Assembly (NCBI GenBank): GCA_000934665.2
Contig: KZ538024.1
Span: forward strand, 62,001 to 126,000
DNA length: 64,000 nt
Direction: 5' to 3'
Origin: Catajapyx aquilonaris
Taxonomy: Eukaryota
Shown: one piece after another, positions 38,993 to 52,288 of the stretch
How positions within the stretch are numbered: the first letter of the stretch is position 1
Layout: each line of letters starts with the position of its first letter
Position numbers and translations under genes: made by a program
The notes under the pieces: generated by a model
Seen by the model: the letters and a program-made list of their open reading frames with translations, nothing else
What the model was told of the DNA's origin: nothing
Databases searched by the model: none

Positions 38993-41514
38993 TGAAATAT
39001 TAAATGAAATATAACTTTAAAAGCTAATGCTTAAGCGTAGAGTCAAGATTGTATGAAATGCTGGAGAATAGCATTGCTGAGGGATATCTTCACGTAGATT
39101 ACTGTTCGATTCTTGACTCGAAGGCTAACATGATTTGCCTTTCAATGACTCTATCTTCGCAGTTGTAGATATAAGAATGTCAAAGTAACGCGAGATGAAT
39201 TGGAATAGACTGGATCTTCTCTGATACTGAAAGGGGGACAAATCTGGCGGAAAAGTTCCTCTCAAAATGCATCCATTTTCCATTCGTCATGTAATCGAAT
39301 TTTGTATTTGAACTACTCCAGCTGCAGAATCAGAACAGAACGTTAGAATCCTTTGTACCGGAAAGATCCCCAAATCCTAGAATGATTGCGAAGAAAAAAT
39401 CCTGAAGCGAAAGAGTCCCAATGGTATGTTATTAGTTGCATCTGGAATATTCCAGACTCATTTTTGCCTGGGGCTTCCGGGGCCCCTATACGTTAGATTG
39501 TTAGAACAACCACAGCTTAAAAAAACAAAAAACGGCTTTTTACTTGATTGCTTCCAGTCCAGAATGTTGACTCAGCTGCTTTTTTCTTATATGATTAAAA
39601 TTATGATTAAAATTAGATGTAACCTTATACAAGATGCTCTCTAGAACCAAAGTGCATGCCACAGACCATGCAGATGGTATCACAAATATACTTTTTGAAC
39701 CAACAAACTATAGGTATCATAAGGTACCCTCCAGAGCAGTTACAGTAGAGAGAGAAAAGTAGTCGAGACGCGATCATGTACTATCACCAGTGCTAAGGAC
39801 AAGTAGATATTTTGCTGTACCCACTGCCACTTTGTTACAACTAACCTGTGAAAACAGCAAACACTTGAAGGTCTATTTCAAAAACCACAAAAAAGCTACC
39901 TTTGTACTTGCTTTTCTTCAGTATAGCAATACGCGTGTATCTAGTCTGGCTGAAATAGTCACTGCACGTAGTTTTTTTTACTTGCAAACCCGAGCACGTA
40001 CAATGGTGAAATTTATGTGATGTAGCAACGGCGAAGTGCTATCTGGCTGTGTACTTAGATGGCTCACGGATTACCTGCAGACCCTGAGAATAAGAAAAGA
40101 GAGCCCCGCATTCCCCCATCTCCCTCTTCACCCAACATCTACGCGTTAAGAAATGCGAGTAATATTATTGTCTTAAAATAATGGGTGGAAAGCTCCATTG
40201 TTAGGCACAGCCACTGATGGTGAAGATGAAAAATACCGTCATCTGTATATTGGTGATCAATATCTGCCAGCATGTGTGACCTTAAATGGTCAAGTCCAGG
40301 CATGTTTTTGACGTGCATGTCACGCTCTGGCCTTATTAGTTTTTGAAACAGCTAGTAGAAAATAGAATGAGATGGGGCAAGGCACGGTATTCCCTAGGAC
40401 CTCACTATTTCCATGGGAGAGTCAATCAGAAATGCCCGCCCGTGTGGCACTATGCAATTTCAAAAGGGTCAGCCGGGGACATGACTAAAAAAAACCACAT
40501 GAATTTAATCGCAGCGCATGATTAGGTTCGTAATTTTTAAAAAGAACGCGCCATGATATTTTTCAACTCATGCATGTTCTAGTCAAGCTGCATCTCCAAA
40601 ATAATTACACAAAAAAAACTGCGTCTAGGGCAATCAGCCATCTAAAAAGATCGGCGAGTAATTACCTCATTACGCAACGAGGCTCCCAAAGCTCGCTCTT
40701 TAATCCAAATAAACCCTCTATTTGCCCCAAAAAAGCGAGTCAACATGTAGCAGAAGTGCCATCAGGCTATTTTTGAGTAAGCAACATGAAAGTCAACCAT
40801 GCATACTTCAGTAAAAAAAAAAAAAGGCTGTATCAGGCACGTATTTTGGCCAAGTATCGAGGGCACTAAGGCAGTCCTGAATCCAATTTGTTGGAAAATC
40901 CAATAACAAGTGCGAGGGCTAGAAAAATCTTCGTTGGGTCGTGGGGGAGGGGGTAGGGGGAAAAAAAGGAGACCTATTCGTGGAGAGCTAATTCCCAATT
41001 GGGACCACTTCAAACTTTCTGGGTATCAGTGAGAGTGTGGGTACCTCTCGAGAGTAGGAAATACTTCCCTGCAGCATTTTCCCCGAAGGTTTCGACTGTC
41101 GATATGATCAAGTCCTGGGCACATAAAAGGCACCAGATAACGGCAAACAGCAACCTCACCTCAGAGACTAATACCAGCTAACTAAATTCCGCCTTGCCTT
41201 CGTTTGCAATTCTCTCGAGGTGAGCTCCAAAATACTTTTGTGTCTTATGCTGCGGCCTCGAGTACACCACCCTAGGCAAGCCTTAGCGAAAATTCGACCA
41301 AAAGTTGGAGGGCGGCAGAGAGCAAAAAGCTGCTTTCCCGAAAGCGGATATGAGAATAAGGGGGTGTGCTGAAGCTTTCTGGCATATAATTTGAAAATCG
41401 TTAGCATAACTTTTTGCATATTTTAAAAATTATAAGTTGCTTATTAATACTCACTCATGTAATATCTAGGCTTTGGCGCTGTCATTATGTTAATATTAAA
41501 TATTAACAATTAAC

Positions 41515-41725
41515 ATGTTCATATTAATAGTTATTATGTTCATATTAATAGTTATTATGTTCATATTAATAGTTATTACAGTCATATTAAGTTATTACAG
41601 TCATATTACGTTATTATGGTCATATGTAATAGTTATTACAGTCATATTACGTTATTATGGTCATATGTAATAGTTATTATGGTCATATTTAATAGTTAAT
41701 ATGGGCATGTTAATAGTTACTATGT
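41515..41725. repeat. AT-rich minisatellite, 19-22-bp unit (ATGTTCATATTAATAGTTATT), about 10 copies
   Basis: Three perfect 21-bp units followed by progressively diverged variants. Confidence 0.9.
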
Positions 41726-42085
41726 TAATGTCAATATGTGATATTACTCATTGAAGAAAATTGAATTATCTTGCAGGGGTAAGCTCTTTTATTTTTAATT
41801 TCATAAATTTTTAGTTCGGTATAATCTCATGTCATATGAGTTAATCGATAGCCTAGCGCTGTTTATTCATTAGGAATTAATTATGGTTCTGGCAGATGCA
41901 AATTTAATTCATAATATTCTAACTTGCCCCACAAGGCCATTCCGTATTTTCGCTGCATGAAATAACATTTTTAGCAATGCAAAATATGTATTTTCCTCTG
42001 ACACGCATGTTACGCGTGAAAACTTGGCTTTTGAGAACTGGAATGTGTACTGTACAATTTGCAGCAGGTGGCTATGTTTACATTT

Positions 42086-42317
42086 GAAGACCTCGGGGGA
42101 AGAACGATCAAGGTCCACCTCAGGTGAAACTGAGATATTCCTATTTTAAATTTCGAATTGTAAATCCCACTTTTGGGGCTTTCCATAGTGACCTATGATC
42201 ATTACTCCACAACCACGACGAAACAGTCATATTCTACACTAGTGAAAATATCTTCTAGATATGTAACTCATTTTTGACAAAAAGTAGACCTTGATCGTTC
42301 TTCCCCCCAAGGTCTTC
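42086..42317. mobile_element. MITE with about 33-bp TIRs and 4-bp TSD ATTT (Sola-like?)
   Basis: GAAGACCTCGGGGGAAGAACGATCAAGGTC ... GACCTTGATCGTTCTTCCCCCCAAGGTCTTC. ATTT at 42082-42085 and 42318-42321. Confidence 0.8.
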
Positions 42318-42327
42318 ATTTGCACTT

Positions 42328-42573
42328 GAAGAGCACAGGGGAAAAACGGGGAATGTCAAATTCCGTTGGGGTTCCTGCCAGGTGCACAGTACAATAGTAG
42401 CATAGGTGACACTTATACCTGGAGGCTTTCCATGGGTACAAGGGCGATAGTTGCATATAATGACGTGAAGATATCCCTATTATTCTTTAGACACGTGAAG
42501 AAATAAAGCTATTTCTTTGATTTTTCATGGACATTTTTTGTGTGACATTCCCCGTTTTTCCCCTGTGCTCTTC
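42328..42573. mobile_element. MITE with perfect 31-bp TIRs and 4-bp TSD ACTT (Sola-like?)
   Basis: GAAGAGCACAGGGGAAAAACGGGGAATGTCA ... TGACATTCCCCGTTTTTCCCCTGTGCTCTTC. ACTT at 42324-42327 and 42574-42577. Confidence 0.85.
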
Positions 42574-42606
42574 ACTTGTATACTATACAGCTTCTAAGAA
42601 ACAATT

Positions 42607-43007
42607 GGACGGTGTTATGCAGTAAGGAGTCAACCCTCAAATATGTCACAATTGAGTTAAGCCCAGGACCATACACCCAAAGGATAGTACTTCATTCAGT
42701 TAACATCATGGTGGCAAAATCTGCCTATACTTCTGCCACAAATGACCGAAAATTTAACTCACAAATTTTGTGCATGGACGGTGTTATGCAATAATTTGTC
42801 AACCCACAAAAATGTCAGAATTGAGCTAAGCCCAGGGACATAAAGGATCCTGCTTCATTAAGTTAAAATTGCACTGGTGAAATCTGCATACTTCTGCCGT
42901 AAATGACCAAAAAGAACACCGAATTAATTTCACAGGTATGACCTTCAGAGCTCTTTTACTCAAAACTAGTCTCATGTGGGTTGACTCATTATTGCATAAC
43001 ACCGTCC
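42607..43007. mobile_element. MITE with about 30-bp TIRs and a tandemly duplicated left arm (about 170 bp)
   Basis: GGACGGTGTTATGCA at 42607 and again at 42776. The inverted copy TGCATAACACCGTCC ends at 43007. Flanks are AATT and AATA. Confidence 0.75.
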
Positions 43008-43467
43008 AATATATTATCATACTTCTACACCTTATTAACGTTAGTATCTTCATCAGCGCCCACGATATTCTGGCGATATGCTGCTTTAGTTAGTTCAAGT
43101 TGATAATGGTTGAGTTTTTGACATAAGTTCTCACCCCTATATTTTAAACTTGGAATAGGGCCAACGAGTACCCTGTGGGAGTCTGATCTTGAGTTCTGAC
43201 CTGTAGACTCTGCAGACATCCTAAGAACCCCAAATTCAATCTGAAAGAAATTTTATAAAGCTTATAGTACAACAAAACTAAATTTGAACTAAGGCTCTGT
43301 TGAGTACCCGAACAATTCCATGTATTCTCATAGGCCCACCAAAAACTACAATTAACTAGCCACGCCTATGAATCTTCAACTGGGTGCTTTTCCTACGGGC
43401 TTTCTCGGTAGCTGGTAGAGATCGATCCAGGAACCTGATTGTAAACCACGGGCCCCCCTCTCCCTTT

Positions 43468-43474
<7 letters not shown>

Positions 43475-43498
<24 letters not shown>
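43475..43498. repeat. (CT)n microsatellite
   Basis: Direct observation. Confidence 0.85.
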
Positions 43499-44613
43499 GC
43501 TCTCCTTTCCCCGCATTCGGGACGCAGGAAAGGTTTCCTGGGCTTGTTCAAACAGAGATCACCGACTCGAACCTAATTGCATTCATCGAGGGATAAAATA
43601 TGGCGGGCTCCCGAACGTAAAGAAGAGCCCCGACCCCGAGATGGGAACGCCCGAGATGTTTGCTCTTCGCCCCTGTAGATAGTCATCCCTTCATGCTACT
43701 TTGCTCCTCTTTGCTGCACATGGCTGGGCTCTCGCTCGACCTTTAAGGATGGGGGGGGGGGGCCATTATGGACACTTGGCTGACTCTCGGATGTCTTGGT
43801 ACCCTGTTAGATAGGGTCGGTTTAGCATGTTGCATTCTCCCTCACTAACTGACTGCTAATAAGGAAAGATGTTTTATGCCAGAGGTGAGAAGTGCAAGTC
43901 TAATAATGAGTGCTGTTAGTTATGGAGTAGAAGTCTGCTAGGGAGTCAAGTGCAAACTTGTGACTTGATAACAAGGTTTATTAGGTCAGACTAATGAGCG
44001 ATTCTAAAGTGTCCAACAGGACAAGCTCAGATTTTCATCCAATTACCCTTAGATGGAATCATTAAGACATTTGTCCTCTTAAGCACAGTATTAATACAAT
44101 CAGGCTTCTTGCCCATTTCCTTCACTTCATAGAACATTCGGAAACCCACTGATATTTACGACTCCAATCCTAATCTAACATATACTTGTAGGCTTGTTAG
44201 CAAAACATGTTCACACAAAAGAGTATATCATGGAGTTTAAAATGTTCATATCACTGCTATATTACAAGCCTACTTCGCCCCAACAAATTCACTCCCTACG
44301 GTACTCAGACATGAAACCTCTCTCCGAGCTCACCTGTAGGAAAACATCCATTAAAGAAGTGAGAGCGCTAGGCTTAGCAGTCGCTGGTTCCATCTTAATC
44401 GAAACCCCGTGAACCAAGAACTAGCAGAGCATGATGTTGACACATCGAATCCAGCGGAGAAGATTCTGTGGCTCAGAATATATATAGGGGTGGTGTGTGT
44501 GGGTGTGTGTGTGTGTGCATCAACTCAACTAGCATTTTATGCCTGATATCTACAGGCTTCGGTTATGCGCCGGCTCGATCTCTAGGTTGACACAAGCCTT
44601 CCTATCATTTCAG

Positions 44614-44744
44614 AATACGCTTCCCGTGCACAGGACTAGAAAGCAAGGAGATTGAGGTGGTCATCCAGATCAACGTGACTGCTCCTACCCCCTACCATAA
44701 CGACACTGCTCTTAATTTTCGCCGGAACAAGATCTGCCTGCAAG
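44614..44744 (+). CDS. Drl-2: Drl-2/RYK exon: WIF domain C-part (IRFPCTGLESKEIEVVIQINVTAPTPYHNDTALNFRRNKICLQ)
   Basis: tttcag acceptor, gtaagt donor at 44745. Conserved PCTG and F-R-K-C cysteines. Not in the ORF track; translated by hand. Phase 2 to 1. Confidence 0.93.
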
Positions 44745-46067
44745 GTAAGTAAGTGCAGGGCAAACGTTTACTGTACTCGAGCCTTGGTCTACCCCCCCCC
44801 CNCAGCACCGAACTAATCGAGACCAGAGCACTGCAAGTAGAATCCAAATGAGCGAGGAGTTCTAATCAGTGGCTAATCCACCGCAAATGATAGATCAGCC
44901 CCGCTTAGCATAACTGCTCCCCCCCACTTGGCTAGATTAAATCACCGCACCAAGTCAAGTCTTTACTAGCTCTTCCTCTCTTTCCCTTTCTTTAATTTAA
45001 TCGAATGTCAACCCCCCTACTTTGAGCAACTCGTTTTTATGACACCCTGACTTCTAATGCGGGCGTTAACGACAAGAAGCCTCGTATTTTGCGGAACTCC
45101 GGATTTCGGATTAGACACTTAGCGCAGATGCCAGAAAACGAACGTAAAGTTTATCAGCAGGCCACTCTTCATTTCCTCTCTTCACTTCGAAGAGATAAGC
45201 CTTTTATTGAGGGTCTACCGCCTTGGCGAAACTTGATCTCAGATTCCTGGCGCTGATGTTTGCAATCCGTTAAAACGAGGCGCAGGTAATGTCTTCTGCA
45301 ACCGCTCCCAGACACTTATCGCCAACTGATGAGCACTCGTCCCTCCAGCAATCCACATCAGATGACTATCGTCCCCCCTTTTTTTCTGCAACCCCCATTC
45401 ACAGAGCGGGACCGGTAGTGATAAGAATCCGCCAGTACTTCAACTGGAAAAGTAGCGTCAGTCCGCTGAAACTTTTCCAATAATCGCAGGCTGATAGGAG
45501 AGCTAACGTGGCAACTGAGAAACCCAATCATTGCCTCTTAAACCCTTAATGAGGGCTGGTCTCGGAAATACTAAGTTTGGTCTAGTAGCCGAACGTGAGC
45601 TCTTCTGATAATAAACCTGCTTCCTTAACTAGGCCTATCATTCTGTCCGAATGGTTTTGCTTCCGCCGCACTACAGAATTATCACAATATGTCTTATTTA
45701 ACCAGCGCCAAGTTTGTAGCTAGAGCCATCAGAGCACTAATGGCACTTGCAGCAGTAGAAGCAGTTAGTGTATAGACAACCTCTTCCTCTCGGAGGCTCC
45801 TGTTATATATACCAGAAAGGTGAAGCTCACCGCTTCGGGAAGTTTACTTAGGGGGGTAGAATCGACAAAGAGAAATTATGCTTGCTTCTTCCAGATTGAA
45901 AGTTTCGATCATTTTTATAGGCTGGATTACAGCTAGGATTTTTGGTCCGGTTGGTTACAACTCATGTATACGTCTTAAGAGCACTTAACAACGTACAGTA
46001 TAAATTCTGAAGCATAATGGTTATTAGGCTATAGAGTAGGTTAACGCGCCACCACAAACGGCCGGGG

Positions 46068-46284
46068 GTGGCTGGGGGCAGTGGCTGTGTCGCAAAAACG
46101 GAGCAGGCAGGCTGAAGGATAGGCGTGTATCCGCTGAAGATAGGTCTGTATCCGCAAGGAAGGAAAGTTAGGTTACGTTAGGTTAGGTCGGTACAGCATA
46201 CCCCTTCCCAAATCCCAAATATCCCAAATCCCACAAATCTACTTGCATCCTTGCGCTTGCGACACAGCCGCTGCCCCCGTCCAC
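46068..46284. mobile_element. Inverted-repeat element with 22-bp hairpin units and GGTTA repeats; possibly Helentron/HINE-like
   Basis: 28-bp inverted arms at 46068-46095 and 46257-46284 (3 mismatches). The core tgaaggataggcgtgtatccg is shared with 22722-22850, followed by gttaggttacgttaggttagg. Confidence 0.55.
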
Positions 46285-49200
46285 TACTCGCCTCCCGACT
46301 TTTGCGATGTCTCTCTTCCCTATACTCCTTCCGGTTATTCTTATCACTAGCGTTCTATTGTTTTAAAAAAACTGGGTACTTGCTCAACAGCAGTAAATCA
46401 CCGAAATCACACATTTGCTTAAAACACCGCATGCAAAGAGCCAATCGTAGTCATTTGCTCAAAATACGCCCCCCATATTTATCGACTCAGTTTCACTTTT
46501 GCGCGCAGCACAATCTAGAAATCGTATATAGCTGAGGAGCAGAGACGCAGAAATCTCAGCTCAGGTGTATATATACATCAGAGACGCTGCATTTTAATTT
46601 ATTGCCCGGCGTGGATAAAATCCCCTATCCAATATTTGCAACCTTAAATCTCCTCCTTTTTACTATTATGCGATGCAATCCATCAACAAAATCCGAGTAG
46701 GATAGGGAGGGGGGGGGGGAGATAGGCTTTTCAACAGCGCCTGAACATAACTGCTGCAATACTTCAAATTGTTGTGCCGAAATCGTTTGGTAGTCCCCAT
46801 AGCCCCCTTTTGTTCTGGGCAAAAGCAGCACCAGCGTTCATCTCAAATGTTTATACTTCCAAGTAGCCTTTGAGTTTCATGCTAAATTTCCTTTTGCCGA
46901 CGTTCCAATAACGGACCAGGCGAGCTCAGGACCATTAAATTTAAATTCGTTATTGGCCGCCTCTTCCTATCGTCCCTTTCCTTTTGGGGAAGTTGCTTCG
47001 GCTTGGTTGCCTCTCAGCTTCTAGTTGCAGGAGGAGACGACGGCCGACTCCACGTGGAAGAGGACTCTTTCAGCCGTATACAACTTCCCCCGTGCTTTTG
47101 TTCCACTATCGATTCTCCCAACGATTTCCCATTTATGCTTGTTCCTGCTGCTTGGGAGTGGGAGATTCACTTTTGCTTCACTTTTGAAGATAGTCCAATA
47201 GCCAAACGTTTTTTTTTTTTGGTCCTCTATCAGGAACATGTACTGTACTGTTGACATTCACTACCGTGTGCAAGAATAGGTCAGTGGTGCTGACGAAATT
47301 GGACGTTTGCGAAGCAATCCCATGCGCAATTAAGCTTTGGAAATAGTGTGGCAAAGCGGGGAAATAACATCCCAAAAGCTTTCACATATTTACCACGTTA
47401 ATCTGCTAGTTTAAGCTTTCTGATGACGCAGACTTAATAATCCGCTTGATTGCAAATTGTGCCTCCGGGGATGAACTCACAATGTCCAAAGGCCCTAGTG
47501 TGAATTATTTACATCGCAAATCCTGGCTGTGTGGGCTATACAGCCATATATCAATAGAGCAATAAAATGTCAAAAGCCATATGCTTCATTTTAAATCGCT
47601 CCCAACTACATACACAGTGTACAAGGCACCGGCTGTAAATGCCTTACGCCATAGCCAATCGTTTTAAACGCTAGAAAATATTGCACACTAACATTCAGCA
47701 GTACCTTTAAAATGGAAGAAAAGAGGGAAAAAATGATCCGATGGATAAATGGAAGATGTAACCTCGGGAGACTTTCATCTCCGACGGTGTACTGAAGTGA
47801 ATAGGAAGAAAGCGATATCGACTGGCAGTAGCTTAGGGGCGAAGGGTTTTTGGATGGTTAATAGCCCTAGGAGGAGAGGATATAAATCCCTGCCACAGCT
47901 CCAGAGGTAAATCCTTCCGGCTTGGTCGCCTGCATTCGGTGACAGACGGACCTCAGATCCGCCCGCAATCTTTACCTAATGAGTCGTGATTTTCCGGAGC
48001 TCGGCAAGGCGAGTTATTGCCCAGGCTTAAGACCACGGCTTTCTCTCAGCCTTACTTTTACGCCTCGTAACAAAGGACACCATGCTAGGCACACAGTTAG
48101 ATCCGGTGTATACCAACCGATTCAAAATGTGCTCGTCACCCCTTGCTCATTAACTAGAGCTGTTTAGGTAATCAGCAGTACAGCTTATATTAATTAATTT
48201 TAAATAAAATTACATCGAAAGAATTGCGGTTTTCCGCTCTTTCTATGCCATTTGGGTAATTATCAGAGGTATTACCTCTACGACTTGGAAAATGGATGTT
48301 CAGCAGGGTATCTCATGTCACGTCCCCCAGCGCCAACCGGCTCAGACAGTATCTGAGTCATCTGTAAAGTACCCTTCCCGCAGTCATGTCCGGAACCAAG
48401 CCATGGAACTTGCAGACCTCCGGGACGAGAGTCCGTTTGATCCCAGCGGCTTTCCTTTCTGGCGGTCTAGGCAAGGTTGTCCAAATGATAAAGTTTCATG
48501 CATCTATTTCACTTCCTTTATACTCAGGGTTCCGAACATTTTTTTTTTGCAACTCTTCGTCCCTAGTGATCAATAATGTCCTACTGGTCAAATATTCAGT
48601 TGGGTGTTCGTCCTTTGGTATATCCTGCGAGTGCTCCTACCTGTTAAGCATGTTCTGTAGGTAGTGACACTCACAGGATATATCAAGGAGTGTTCGAAAT
48701 CAGATTTGCTGGACACTGTCAATTGAATTTGCTTGCAATTCACCTTTTAAGGTGAAACTCTGGCATGGGTGCCTTTGAGTCAACAGCTACCATGGTTATA
48801 AGCATATCAGTGCAACGAGGTCTGACCCAGCACGTATGCGATGCTTGACAAGCATTATGCAAAAATGGGAAAATTCGATCCCCCGTATTATATCCGGGCA
48901 AGAAAATGGCAAATTGGCACGTATGCACCTAACATAAAACGTGACTTACATCTTGTTCACCAGCCATGTACCAGACAAACAAACATTCTTTTTTTTCCTT
49001 AACAAAAGTGCGTGCAGTTGATTTGATGAGCAAAATGTAAGCGGAAGCGTAACCTTTTGGCGCATATATCTACAACCCTTTGGAGAGAACGAGCGATAAA
49101 TCGTGGTGTGGGCTACGGGAAAGCGGCATATTGGCAGTAAAAAATTCAGGCCCTTAGGTTCTGACATTGTGGGTGTGAAACGTGCATGAGAATCCGACAA

Positions 49201-51202
49201 GGTTTTTGGCCATGGTCACGGATGCCAGCAGGCCTCTGCCTCTCTTCCTGGCTGAGGCCGGCAAGTGGCGATGATTCCCTCCGGAATACGGTACGAGGCA
49301 TTTGGACCAGGCTCCGGCTCCACACACCACCTTCATAAATGGAATTTTAAAGCAAAGATGATAAAAAGGCAATTTCCTCCGGCCTCTTTTACGGGCCGTA
49401 GAGGATGGTGTGTCTCGTCCTACGGCGCCAAGAGAGATATCCTGCCATACCACACAAATTCCACTTTGCTCTTCCTTTCTACCTATACACTATGCTAATA
49501 GGAAGCACCACCAAGCAGAAACCTATTATCTACGTCACAATATAAAGTGCAAGCGCTAGTCACGTCAGTGTTTCTCTAATGTTCACTCAAAGCCAATATT
49601 GGTATGATGCGGTATGCTTTACACAAGCGAGTGTTTTGAACAGATTTAGCTGCAACGTGGTGAAATATCGCATGGCTAGAGGCGATTTTGGTGGGAGGAA
49701 AAAAATTACTTGTAACAAAAATTAAACTGAAAAATAAAAAGCTGCCTCATCTCTTCTGACTTATAAGCTCAATGTGTATTCGAGGACTAGAGCGGATGTC
49801 AGGGTAATGCCTTATTCATGGAATGTAGCATTTCGAATTTAAGTTGTGGCACATGTGAACAACTGAAGCGGGACCGAGTTTTAAGCAAATATGCGTTACA
49901 GCTTTATGGTTATTAATTTGTGAGCGGACTTTTTTCGTAACTTGTAAATATATTTCTGGCGCGCCTGTACGCAGGGTTGTGCAATCCTTAAATTGATCCC
50001 CCTTTAAAGTTGCAGATTGTTCACACCAGCAACCAGTTTAAAGAAAGAAAGTGATAGTGAAAAGTAAAGTACCGGTAATATAACTTATGGTTTTTGCTTC
50101 CAATTGGTTGCTTCTTTACCTATATACCAGGTAACACCCTGTTAAAATGGGGCCTGTAATGTACTGTCCAGCTATCTTTAAAAGATAGCTTCCACCCACC
50201 GCCTGCATAGTGACTTTTAGCGTTACATACAAATAGTGATGAACAGCGTTAAAATACTATATGTGAATTTTTGTTGACAAAAGTGATTCACCCCTAGAAA
50301 TAGTCCTACGTATGGAATCTGGAAAAACCGATGGTGCAACTGAAGCAGAGATAAAAATGCGGTGTAATTTTCTGCTTGAAAAGTCTTAAAAAAGAGAATC
50401 TGAATTAATCTCATAAATGCATTCTTACCCCGTAAAATTTACGACTCTGGGAGCATTTTATGCGCCAAAAAGCTACTCTGCTAATTCCTTTTCCTCACGA
50501 CACATTATTTCACAAAGACTTCCTTGGAAGTGGGCCAACTAGTATTATGATACCCTTATAACTTGAAGTAATGGAGAATTATCACCGGTCCATGAAACTT
50601 GTCGAGATTTCCAGAGCCGCTCAAATCCTGGAATTTTCTATACCATGTTCCGCAACGCCACCAGCAGAGGGAGTTGGGAATGATATAGGACTGAATTGAA
50701 AAATGCGCCAAAATTCACCCTTATTTTTTTTCAAATGCTAATAATACTAGAGTGGTTCGCACTCTTTAACAGTTCCATGGTGAACTGCGAAGGATAACTG
50801 CCAAGAGCCTTAAAATCAATCGCTGACTACTACCCTCAAAATATGCGTCACGCAATAAGGCCAGTTTTAAATTCGCATGGCTCAATTATATTGCCTTCAT
50901 TAATGCTTAATGCAATATATTCGCACGGTCAATAATCAGAAAATATGCATTGTGTACCGTATAAGTCAACGGCTGATTCGTTTGCATAAAATATTAGTTC
51001 ATTGGTGACAAAATGGGATGTTTAATGAAGCTGTACTGGTGGATGTATCCAACCGTTTTGGATGATGAAAGTCGACAATTTTAAGCCTTATTAGTGATAG
51101 TAAGTCCTAGCTACTGAACCTGCATTAATATTGATTAAATTTGACTCTGTTACATTATGTAGTGTGCTATAACGCTTTTTAAAAAATTACCATGTTCCAC
51201 AG

Positions 51203-51377
51203 AAGAACCAACGCCTAGAAACGACTCCATACGACTCAGCCCCGACTCTCTAGTGACATCATCTGGCACTTTTTACGTCGCCGTCGGATCAGCCTGCGCT
51301 ATGATTATGGTCGTCATTGCTGTAGCCTCCATCATATACGTCAAGAACAAGAAGGCCAGGCACCAGGAATCCATGCA
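51203..51377 (+). CDS. Drl-2: Drl-2/RYK exon: stalk and transmembrane helix (EPTPRNDSIRLSPDSLVTSSGTFYVAVGSACAMIMVVIAVASIIYVKNKKARHQESM)
   Basis: ccacag acceptor, gtaagt donor at 51378. About 24 hydrophobic residues followed by the basic stop-transfer KNKKAR. Phase 1 to 2. Confidence 0.92.
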
Positions 51378-52288
51378 GTAAGTCGCATGCACATCCCTAA
51401 TTAATTTCTCTCCTAAATTTAAAGCTGCTCTTATTTCCACTACACTTCTGAAGACAAAATAATTTCGCCCACTCACGTTTATCCTGCGGAAATAATTCTC
51501 CCACGAGGAAAAGGAGTGTGCTTCCCATTCCACCTTAATTCAAGCAAAGCGCCCTCTGGAAGAAGCCATTATGGAAAAGAAGAGAAGCTCAGATAGGAAG
51601 GCTGATTAAGCTTCACCGTAGGGATTTTTTTTCACGGAAAATAAACCTCTACGGCTCCCTGGATAAATATTCGCAGTATTTTAGGTTCACCATTTTTCAT
51701 CGCCCATTATTTTAATCCTTCCTGAACTTGCATGCGGACGGTGGTTCAGTCAATCGTGAGTTATGCTTCATGGTGAAAAGTTATTTCATGTCCCCCTAAT
51801 TAGGTTCCACTAGAAGACTTCACATGATAAGCCAGAGTATTTCAACGACGTCCTTTGTAATTTGCCTGTCTTATTTTATGAAAGGCAAGAAGCATGTTGG
51901 TAATTATGAGTCGCGTGTTTAATACTATAGGCGTTTATATCTTTAGTACGAGTGCCGAGTTCCTTATCATGGGCTGGTTAAGATTGCGTATGTGAATCAG
52001 ATAAGTTTCTTGACAAACAGCTGCTGGCCATGCCTATACTTTTTTGACTTCTGAGAAGCAACTGTACGTTATAATGTATGTTCCCACTGACGTGCATTGT
52101 GCAAACTTTCAGATTTAAAAGCCATTTGCAATAAGCGTACAGCTCGGCTTTGATATTCAGATTTATTAGCTTTGATCAAAGGAGTGGCACTGGAATATCG
52201 GTCAGCATTATTCTGGACTGAAAATGACTGCCGTATTCAAATGCATGGCGATTCGACAATGAAGATTTTAACAGTCACTTTTCAAGTA

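Noticed and set aside
48292..48576. ORF with a good start context as a possible alternative first exon (phase-1 donor caag|gttgtc)
   Set aside because: Weak donor, no signal peptide, no homology recognised.
51547..51560. CTCF-like motif (agcgccctctgga; similar near 34722, 35130 and 50660)
   Set aside because: Partial matches only; not distinguishable from background without a PWM scan or ChIP.
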